Virus record (IMG/VR): IMGVR_UViG_3300032243_000893 | Span: 1 to 32,536 of that record | Reading direction: 5' to 3' (one strand) | Source: a virus | Lineage: Duplodnaviria > Caudoviricetes | DNA: 32,536 nucleotides | Part shown: positions 25,878 to 32,536 of the stretch, piece by piece | How positions within the stretch are numbered: the stretch's first letter is position 1 | Layout of the letters: the number at the start of each line of letters is the position of its first letter | The notes under the pieces: model-generated | The model's input: the letters and a program-made list of their open reading frames with translations, nothing else | The model's database searches: none | What the model was told of the DNA's origin: nothing | Made by a program: the position numbers and the translations under genes

Positions 25878-27491
25878 ATGTTTAATGTGATACTATTTAC
25901 CGATGCACCATACCCTCATCATAAAATTCGCGGATACGGGGTTCACCGTATAGCTAGTCAGATTCGTACGGCAGGATATACCTGCTTGGTTATAGACTTT
26001 AGTTCGGCATTGTCCTTTGAGAAGTATAAAGAAATTATAGACAACTCTGTTGGTCCAGAAACACTGATGGTCGGTTTTAGTACCACATGGATGCCCTACC
26101 GCTGGCCTGAACTACCTGGAGAATTTACCAATCAAATCCCCGGCCATCATATCGGTGAAGAACACGAATTATCACATTTAAAAGAACAATCACATGATTG
26201 GCGCAAGGATAACTTAATTATAAAGTTTGGTAAAAATGAAGTTGAGGAATTTTTACAATATCCAAAAACTATTAATCCTAAACTTAAGATTGTATTGGGC
26301 GGCGCCAAGGCAGACTTCTATATGGATTTACAAAATGTAGATCATGTTATATTTGGTATTGCCGAAACTATGACTATTGACTTGTTGGATAAGTTAAGCG
26401 GTAAAAGTAAACGTATTTTTAACAAGTATATTGATCATGATCGAAAAGCACATGCTGACTCATGGGATTTTAGAGAAAGCAGTACACGTTATAACAATTT
26501 AGATTTTATACTGCCAATGGAAACTCTTACATTAGAAGTAGGTCGAGGTTGTCGTTTTAAGTGTGCGTTTTGTAACTTTCCGCTTATTGGTCAAAAGAAC
26601 GTAAACGATTATTTAAAATATCCTGAAAAAATTCGTGACGAACTATTAGAAAATTATGAACGTTGGGGGACTACCAAATACTTTATTGTAGATGATACAT
26701 TTAATGATAGTACAGAAAAATTAGAGATGATGGTAAAGGTCATGCGAGACCTGCCATTTAAAATTAAATTCTGGTGTTATACCCGCATTGATTTACTAGC
26801 GGCACATCCAGAACAAATAGAATTACTTAAAGAACTAGGCATTGCTGAAACATTCTTTGGACTTGAAACATTTAATGATCAAAGCTCTAAGACTATTGGA
26901 AAAGGAATGTCTAGCAGTCGTCGTAAAGATACACTATACAAAGCTAAAGAAGTATGGGGCGATCGAGTGTGGATGGAGGGAGGTTTTATGATAGGCTTAC
27001 CTTACGAAACACGGGCAAGCTGGCGTAATACTGTTGACTGGCTCAAGCAAGCAGATTGCCCATTAGATATCAGTACTTGCTATCCAGTCAACATTGTTAA
27101 AAAGTCGGATCGAAATCAATGGTTTCCAACCAGTTGGTTTGATAACAATTATGAAAAGTTTGGTTATGAATTCCCCCATGATGGCATTGAGGGAATGTTA
27201 GCATGGGAAAAGAATGATGATACCGATATCAATAGTTTTGTCCAAGCTCAACAAATAGCCATCGAAACAACACAGGAACTAGCCGCCTACCAACGAACAC
27301 GCCGAGGCGATTTCTATACTAGTAGTTTCAATCATCCGTTACTATGTGATAGAGAAAAAACATTAGACATGTCAACTGTAGAATATAATAATTTAATTAG
27401 TACTATTGATTTTGATCAATTATTCTTTGAACACACTAATAGAGATTATTTTATTCCGTTAATTCAAGCATTGAAGGATCGTAATGTTTGA
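25878..27491 (+). CDS. Cobalamin-binding-domain radical SAM protein (class B methylase-like)
   Basis: GVHRIAS...VGFSTTW...IVLGGA B12-type N-domain, EVGRGCRFKCAFC, VDDTF, FGLET, MIGLPYET. Start 25878 (MFNVILFTD) matches the paralogue start MFDVVLFTD. Confidence 0.88.
   Translation: MFNVILFTDAPYPHHKIRGYGVHRIASQIRTAGYTCLVIDFSSALSFEKYKEIIDNSVGPETLMVGFSTTWMPYRWPELPGEFTNQIPGHHIGEEHELSHLKEQSHDWRKDNLIIKFGKNEVEEFLQYPKTINPKLKIVLGGAKADFYMDLQNVDHVIFGIAETMTIDLLDKLSGKSKRIFNKYIDHDRKAHADSWDFRESSTRYNNLDFILPMETLTLEVGRGCRFKCAFCNFPLIGQKNVNDYLKYPEKIRDELLENYERWGTTKYFIVDDTFNDSTEKLEMMVKVMRDLPFKIKFWCYTRIDLLAAHPEQIELLKELGIAETFFGLETFNDQSSKTIGKGMSSSRRKDTLYKAKEVWGDRVWMEGGFMIGLPYETRASWRNTVDWLKQADCPLDISTCYPVNIVKKSDRNQWFPTSWFDNNYEKFGYEFPHDGIEGMLAWEKNDDTDINSFVQAQQIAIETTQELAAYQRTRRGDFYTSSFNHPLLCDREKTLDMSTVEYNNLISTIDFDQLFFEHTNRDYFIPLIQALKDRNV
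26655..26695 (+). repeat. 41-bp exact direct repeat, copy 1
   Basis: tatgaacgttgggggactaccaaatactttattgtagatga, identical to 28222-28262. Confidence 0.9.
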
Positions 27492-29046
27492 TGTTGTACT
27501 GTTTACTGACAGTGTAGGATTCCAAGTCAAATCTAGAGGATACGGAGCGCATAGATTAGCAAGCCATATCAGAGCCAATGGCTATACTTGCTTGGTCATA
27601 GATTTTAGTTCTATCATAACTTGGGATATCTATACATCGATACTAGATCATGCGATTGGAAAAAATACACTAGCTGTCGGATATTCGACTACCTGGATGC
27701 CTTTTAAATTTCCAGATGCTGGTGTACGCACTAGTAATCCAGGTGAAGGTGAAGGTGACGATTATGATAGATTTAGCATAGATAGTTTAGTTACCGCGTT
27801 TGCCAAAGATAATTATACACCATGGGTTGACTACGTTAAAAAATGCAATTCAAAAACTAAAACAATTATAGGAGGAGCAAAAATTGACTTCTATCTTAAT
27901 GCTCCTATAGACCATATTATAGTCGGTATAGGTGAAACAGAAACTATAGATTTATTAGATAGTCTAAGTGGTAAGTCGCGTAGATTGTTTAATCGTATAA
28001 TAAACCACGATCGTAAAGCACATAATCCAAGTTGGAATTTTAATTACAGTACAACAAGCTACACAGATTATGATCTAATCTTGCCAAATGAAACATTAAA
28101 CTTAGAAATCAGTCGTGGGTGTAAATTTAAGTGTGCATATTGTTCCTATCCGCTGATAGGACAAAAAACATCTGACTATCTAAAACATCCAGATGTAATT
28201 CGTAGAGAACTAATGGAGAACTATGAACGTTGGGGGACTACCAAATACTTTATTGTAGATGACACGTTTAACGACAGCACAGAAAAGATGCAGATGTTTG
28301 CTGACGTTAGTCAGAGCTTACCATTCGAATTAAAATTTTGGGCATATCTACGTGTTGATATAATTGCCGCGCACCCGGAACAAATACAGTTACTAAAAGA
28401 TGCCGGTTTGCAAGAAACTTATTTTGGTATAGAAACATTTAATCCCAAGACTGCAAAATTTATAGGTAAGGGGATGGCTAGTGATCGTGTTGTCGATACG
28501 TTGTATAAATGTAAAGAAGCATGGGGATCACGCAGTTATATCGCCGCAGGAGTCATAGTAGGGCTACCGTATGAAACACAGGCAACCTTACAGACCGCAG
28601 TAGATTTTTTTAAACGTACCGATTGTCCAATCGATCTAGCGAACACATTTCCATTAAGCATAGTTGGTAATCACGATATGATAAAGTTTATGTATATGAG
28701 CGAAATTGATCGCAACTATAGTAAGTACGGTTACTATTTTCCTAATCCAGAAACAAATTATTTTAATTGGTGCAAGGATGATGATACTGACATTAACAGT
28801 TACCAACAGGCAGAAGCACTATCACAAGCATTTAATATGTCATTACCCGATAGACCCTATCGAGGTGATTTTTACATCAGCAGTTTTAATGATTCTCGTC
28901 TAGGAGATAGAGAGAAAAATTTAGACTTAACAGATCAAGAGTATCAAGATCTAATTAAGTCTATTAATTTTACAGAATTATTTAGAGAAACAGTTACAAC
29001 AGATTATCTAAATCCCCTGATAGCTAAATTAATTAAGGCCCGGTAA
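27484..29046 (+). CDS. Cobalamin-binding-domain radical SAM protein, tandem paralogue
   Basis: GAHRLAS, VGYSTTW, IIGGA, EISRGCKFKCAYC, VDDTF, FGIET, VGLPYET. Confidence 0.88.
   Translation: MFDVVLFTDSVGFQVKSRGYGAHRLASHIRANGYTCLVIDFSSIITWDIYTSILDHAIGKNTLAVGYSTTWMPFKFPDAGVRTSNPGEGEGDDYDRFSIDSLVTAFAKDNYTPWVDYVKKCNSKTKTIIGGAKIDFYLNAPIDHIIVGIGETETIDLLDSLSGKSRRLFNRIINHDRKAHNPSWNFNYSTTSYTDYDLILPNETLNLEISRGCKFKCAYCSYPLIGQKTSDYLKHPDVIRRELMENYERWGTTKYFIVDDTFNDSTEKMQMFADVSQSLPFELKFWAYLRVDIIAAHPEQIQLLKDAGLQETYFGIETFNPKTAKFIGKGMASDRVVDTLYKCKEAWGSRSYIAAGVIVGLPYETQATLQTAVDFFKRTDCPIDLANTFPLSIVGNHDMIKFMYMSEIDRNYSKYGYYFPNPETNYFNWCKDDDTDINSYQQAEALSQAFNMSLPDRPYRGDFYISSFNDSRLGDREKNLDLTDQEYQDLIKSINFTELFRETVTTDYLNPLIAKLIKAR
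28222..28262 (+). repeat. 41-bp exact direct repeat, copy 2
   Basis: Identical to 26655-26695, at the homologous position of the paralogue. Confidence 0.9.
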
Positions 29047-30667
29047 ACGCTACCCAGTTAGTGCCATTATATCCCATAAATTTATTTGTAGTACTATCAA
29101 AAATTATCATACCTTTCTGAGGTAGCGATAATGAGTATGTTATTCCAGTAGGAGTTGTACCAGAAGTTGTAACTCCGGAACCGCCGTTAGTCGTTGATAG
29201 AGTAAATGTTGTCGTACCATTAGTTGCAGTAATATAATAAGAAGTTGGGCTAGTATATCCACTAATTGTTGCGCCAGCAAGTGTTCCAGTAATAGTTACA
29301 ATTCCGCCAACTCTCAATGTTGTTGATGCGCATTGGAATTGACCACCAACTCCTGTAATTGTAACTCCAGTTATTAATGAAATCGGCCCGCCTGCTGGAT
29401 AAGCCGTTGTGGCATAACTAGTCGCTTGGAATATAGGAGCAGAAAGAACACCTTTAGCACTAAATGACAGCGTTCTTATCGCATCAAACTCATCGAGCAC
29501 AAATACACCAAAGGATGATGGGACTGAACGTCCAGCACTAACAGTTCCAAGCCAATTTAGGTCAGTGAACAGACCAAAACCACCTCGATTGTTATAACTG
29601 CTACCATCGTATCCTGCACCTTCAAGGTATACTAATGGATCGCCAGCTTGTACAACTGTAGGTGCTGATTTTGTACCTCTAGATATACGTGAGCTAATGC
29701 CAGCGGTGTTGTTGCCGTCAGTTAGACCAGTCATAACCAAAAAGTTATTACTAGATTCAATCCATAGTGTGCTAGGAGTAGCATTAGTACCAAATGTTAA
29801 ATTATATGCATCAGTTCTTACACCGCCTACACCCCCTACAGGACTTGCTTTTGTACTTGTAATGACACCGTTGTTTACTATAACTGGGCCAGCAGTCAAA
29901 GAACCGCCACTAGTACTGATGTTTCCTACAATACTAATAGCACCAGAACTTGCACTAGTAATGTTGTAATTTAGAATATTTAAGTTAGCACCTAGTCTAG
30001 GATTAGTGTCGTTAACTAAAGAAGTTGATCCGCTTGCTACTACATTCATAACATGGTTTACTGAATCATATGTAAATGTAATACCAGAGTCTGTACCGCC
30101 TGCTGTATAGGTTGTACCAGTAACACTACCGGTACTGATACCAGTAATAGGTACACCGTTAGTAGCATTTGCTAGACTATTTGCCAGTACGATGCTTGTA
30201 CTAACTGCGCTAACAACATAATAAGTCCCTGCCGAAATTCCATTACCGCCTGCACCCGCGATCACTATTCTTGAGCCCTGTACTAATGAAAGGTCTGCAG
30301 AAGCTAGAACGATAGTACCTGTAGCAATAGTACCTGAAATAGTGCCAGATGAACTTGGAGATCCTGTGGCTGTAAATAAGCTGGCTGCGGCATCCTGTGC
30401 TCGCTGTGTTGTAAAGTACTTTCTTGTTCCTTCAGTAACATCTGAAGTTGTAATACCCAGGGCCACTGTGTTAAAATCAAACTGTTGTGTAGTTGCATTA
30501 AATGTAACACCAGCACCAGCTGATGTAGACAGAATATTTGTGCCTCCGGCTGTGATGCCGTCACCTATATATACTTTTTTAGTATCTGTTGTATAAACAA
30601 CTTCACCCTGATCAAACGTCAGGGCTTGTCTTTGGGCGTCTGTACCTCTTCTTATGCGTAGCGACAT
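29033..30667 (-). CDS. Virion fibre/structural protein with Mtd_N-like N-terminus, Thr/Gly/Ser-rich
   Basis: N-terminal LRIRRGT...GEVVYTTDTKKVYIGDG. Fibre-type motifs TTSDVTEGTRKYFT and DTNPRLGANL, C-terminal GMIIFDSTTNKFMGYNGTNW. GGAG Shine-Dalgarno. Confidence 0.8.
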   Translation of the reverse strand: MSLRIRRGTDAQRQALTFDQGEVVYTTDTKKVYIGDGITAGGTNILSTSAGAGVTFNATTQQFDFNTVALGITTSDVTEGTRKYFTTQRAQDAAASLFTATGSPSSSGTISGTIATGTIVLASADLSLVQGSRIVIAGAGGNGISAGTYYVVSAVSTSIVLANSLANATNGVPITGISTGSVTGTTYTAGGTDSGITFTYDSVNHVMNVVASGSTSLVNDTNPRLGANLNILNYNITSASSGAISIVGNISTSGGSLTAGPVIVNNGVITSTKASPVGGVGGVRTDAYNLTFGTNATPSTLWIESSNNFLVMTGLTDGNNTAGISSRISRGTKSAPTVVQAGDPLVYLEGAGYDGSSYNNRGGFGLFTDLNWLGTVSAGRSVPSSFGVFVLDEFDAIRTLSFSAKGVLSAPIFQATSYATTAYPAGGPISLITGVTITGVGGQFQCASTTLRVGGIVTITGTLAGATISGYTSPTSYYITATNGTTTFTLSTTNGGSGVTTSGTTPTGITYSLSLPQKGMIIFDSTTNKFMGYNGTNWVAFTGP

Positions 30668-30693
30668 CGTGCTATCTCCAATATTCTATAGTG

Positions 30694-30701
30694 TATTTAT
30701 T
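30694..30701 (-). promoter_or_regulatory. Late promoter motif AATAAATA for the fibre gene
   Basis: One mismatch to TATAAATA, located between the terminator and the SD/ATG of 30667. Confidence 0.65.
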
Positions 30702-30723
30702 AAATCGCACAGAAGCTAGAGCC

Positions 30724-30751
30724 AAAAAAATAGGGCCCTTAGGCCCTATTT
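30724..30751 (-). terminator. Rho-independent terminator
   Basis: Minus strand AAATAGGGCC-TAAG-GGCCCTATTTTTTT, 15 nt after the stop of 30766-31371. Confidence 0.9.
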
Positions 30752-30765
30752 AAACACTACTATTA

Positions 30766-31371
30766 TCACATAGTAGGTCCGTTTCCGCTCTTAAATCCTA
30801 CTGATCCGCCTTCTGCTGTAATACGTGCAATAACGTCTTCAAATAAGATAGGCGCAAAGTCTGGAAGTTGTTCCACGCATACACAATGGTAGCGCACATC
30901 GTTTTCGTCGCTGTACAGGATTTCTCCAGTTCTAGCATCAACTCCACGGGCTCGTTTCACACGATTTGCATGAGTATGTCCGTGAATGTTAGTACCAAAA
31001 CGACCCATGGAATCTGAGTGTAGCGGAATATGGCTAAGGATCATACCATCCATAACGTGATAAGCTCTAAGTTCTCTAAAGTACAAGCGATATTCGTCGT
31101 CCCTAAAGATATCGTGGTTACCACGAATTAAAACCTTGTCGCCGTTAAGTCTGTGCATGATGCTTAACGCTTTACGATTGATTACAACGTCGCCTAAATG
31201 GTAGACCTTATCAGTGGGCTTTACCCGTTCGTTCCACGCCTTGACCATTGCTTCGTCCATTTCCTCAGGGCTGTCCCAAGGACGAAGTTTTGTAACACCA
31301 TCGTTACGTGTGAAGCGGCATACACCCGTGTGTCCAAAGTGCGTGTCGCTTACTAAGAATACACTTGGCAT
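30766..31371 (-). CDS. Calcineurin-like metallophosphoesterase
   Basis: SDTHFGH, LGD, RGNHD, LSH, IHGHTH. Strong AAGGAGG Shine-Dalgarno. Confidence 0.92.
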   Translation of the reverse strand: MPSVFLVSDTHFGHTGVCRFTRNDGVTKLRPWDSPEEMDEAMVKAWNERVKPTDKVYHLGDVVINRKALSIMHRLNGDKVLIRGNHDIFRDDEYRLYFRELRAYHVMDGMILSHIPLHSDSMGRFGTNIHGHTHANRVKRARGVDARTGEILYSDENDVRYHCVCVEQLPDFAPILFEDVIARITAEGGSVGFKSGNGPTM

Positions 31372-31386
31372 ATTCGCCTCCTTTCT

Positions 31387-31557
31387 TTAATAAGTTTCTT
31401 TTACAATTTTAAATTCTGTTGTTGGATATTTTGCTTTGAATTCTTCAGTTTTAACAAAATCGTTTAATTCTTTTGCATTGAAAAACATACGATGAAAAAC
31501 GGATTTATGATCTAATGTTGTCACTGTTAAGTAAACTGATTTTGCTTTGCCTGCCAT
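31387..31557 (-). CDS. Small hypothetical protein (56 aa), not in the ORF track
   Basis: MAGKAKSVYLTVTTLDHKSVFHRMFFNAKELNDFVKTEEFKAKYPTTEFKIVKETY. GAAAGG Shine-Dalgarno and its own promoter; fills the gap exactly. Confidence 0.85.
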   Translation of the reverse strand: MAGKAKSVYLTVTTLDHKSVFHRMFFNAKELNDFVKTEEFKAKYPTTEFKIVKETY

Positions 31558-31584
31558 TTGATACCTTTCACTGTTTAATGTACT

Positions 31585-31613
31585 ATTGTAACACTATCCG
31601 GGTAATTAGTCAA
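31585..31613 (-). promoter_or_regulatory. sigma70-type promoter
   Basis: TTGACT (31613-31608), 17-nt spacer ending TGT, TACAAT (31590-31585). Confidence 0.8.
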
Positions 31614-32073
31614 CCTGACGGAAAGTTCGCCAATCGTCGATGTTGGGCTTTTCATCAGCATCGTATGTCCAACCCAAATGCTTCATCATGCGATGCTTGA
31701 CCAGCAGGTTAGGGCTACGAAAGCGACCAGTATCTTGGAAGCCCATCATAACTCCTACCTCACAAACTGCACCCGACCGACAAATACCTGCAAAGCAATG
31801 AACAACAACATTCATGTGGTTGTCCTTTGCGTGTTGTAACAAACGCACAAGCTCTGCGGCCTGCTCATGACTACACTTCATCTCTTTGTCTAGCACTTCG
31901 TCCTTTTCCTCTACATCCAAAAATTCAAAGTTATGAATCTCTTTGAACTTGTGTGCAGGAGTAGGACGCCAGCTTGCTGGATCAACAATGCTGATCAGCA
32001 TACTATTTTCGCCGGCTTCGTGATGAAATCTTTTTGGGATATCATCTGCGGCTACATTTTCAATCCAAGGCAT
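31606..32073 (-). CDS. Cys-based (CX5R) protein tyrosine/dual-specificity phosphatase-like protein
   Basis: VVVHCFAGICRSGAV P-loop, FLDVE, PN motif. GGAGG SD before ATG 32073 (TAATG coupling). Confidence 0.85.
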   Translation of the reverse strand: MPWIENVAADDIPKRFHHEAGENSMLISIVDPASWRPTPAHKFKEIHNFEFLDVEEKDEVLDKEMKCSHEQAAELVRLLQHAKDNHMNVVVHCFAGICRSGAVCEVGVMMGFQDTGRFRSPNLLVKHRMMKHLGWTYDADEKPNIDDWRTFRQVD

Positions 32074-32534
32074 TATATCCTCCAAATTTCTTTGAAACCC
32101 TCATCGTTAGTAGGGTATTCAAAATTATCAATCATTCCTTGCACAACTTCCCAAGGGATTGGTTGTTCTACACGATTTGCCAAACGTTCCTTTAAAACTG
32201 CTATTGCGGGAGTTTGAAACACCACGGCAATGTGCCAATAGTCCGGAAGCATATTGAACTTACGAGCACGACTTTTAACAGTAGTGCTAGTTTGATCCCA
32301 AATTACATCGCGACCTGCTGTTCTAGCATCTACAACTTCTTGTATCATTAGTTCAACTGCTCGGGGCATGTACTCTTTAAATACTTCCCTATATGTCTTA
32401 CCTTGCAGTTTAGCGTACTCATGAACATGGTAGTCGGTGCTAACATACTCCATGCCGCCGATCCAGTTTTGACTGTTAAGCCAAGTACTTTTACCTGCGG
32501 CAGGCACTCCAATAAGTTGATAACATTTAGGCAT
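32073..32534 (-). CDS. P-loop kinase (AAA_33/polynucleotide kinase-like)
   Basis: GVPAAGKST Walker A, VSTD, VIWDQT, ERLANR lid. Confidence 0.85.
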   Translation of the reverse strand: MPKCYQLIGVPAAGKSTWLNSQNWIGGMEYVSTDYHVHEYAKLQGKTYREVFKEYMPRAVELMIQEVVDARTAGRDVIWDQTSTTVKSRARKFNMLPDYWHIAVVFQTPAIAVLKERLANRVEQPIPWEVVQGMIDNFEYPTNDEGFKEIWRI

Positions 32535-32536
32535 TA

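Noticed and set aside
305-29046. 7-deazaguanine or other known DNA-modification pathway
   Set aside because: No recognisable folE, queC, queD, dpdA, thymidylate synthase-like or DNA glycosyltransferase gene in the window. It cannot be excluded elsewhere in the genome.
305-29046. RiPP precursor peptide within the cluster
   Set aside because: Intergenic gaps are at most about 40 nt and I found no short leader/core-type ORF. The short track ORFs overlap real genes.
252-32217. Short alternative-frame and antisense ORFs in the track (e.g. 252-503, 374-580, 1690-2049, 5429-5761, 17809-18051, 29697-29969, 31515-31700, 31933-32217)
   Set aside because: They overlap motif-supported genes or the RNA gene and lack recognisable motifs; treated as shadow ORFs.
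1-32536. Stop-codon reassignment or selenocysteine readthrough
   Set aside because: Genes are full-length and tightly packed under the standard code. TAG and TGA end genes at sensible positions.
1-32536. CRISPR array, integrase, transposase or self-splicing intron
   Set aside because: No spaced repeats, recombinase or transposase motifs, or interrupted genes seen by eye.

Overview
An AT-rich segment that looks like part of a large tailed dsDNA phage genome: T4-type late-promoter motifs, a tail-fibre-like gene, densely overlapping ORFs, standard genetic code. About 29 kb (305-29046) is an uninterrupted cluster of 33 genes, nearly all tailoring enzymes. It holds 10 radical SAM proteins in about 5 subfamilies (including 2 cobalamin-type and 1 Tes/MJ0619-like), 8 Fe(II)/2OG or AspH-like oxygenases, 4 SGNH-like proteins and 2 degenerate kinase-fold proteins. 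Single genes encode a flavin halogenase-family protein, amidinotransferase, class III aminotransferase, AdoMet decarboxylase, SDR, GNAT-like protein and methyltransferase. The genes form alternating-strand units, most starting with a TAAATA-like motif 4-6 nt before the ATG (apparently leaderless late transcripts). On the left the cluster is bounded by an unusual 118-nt tRNA-like RNA with a perfect sigma70 promoter and no canonical anticodon loop. On the right it is bounded by a Thr/Gly/Ser-rich virion fibre gene, then a terminator and a kinase/phosphatase/phosphoesterase group. The substrate or product of the cluster cannot be read from the sequence. All family assignments come from motif recognition by eye; no database searches were run.
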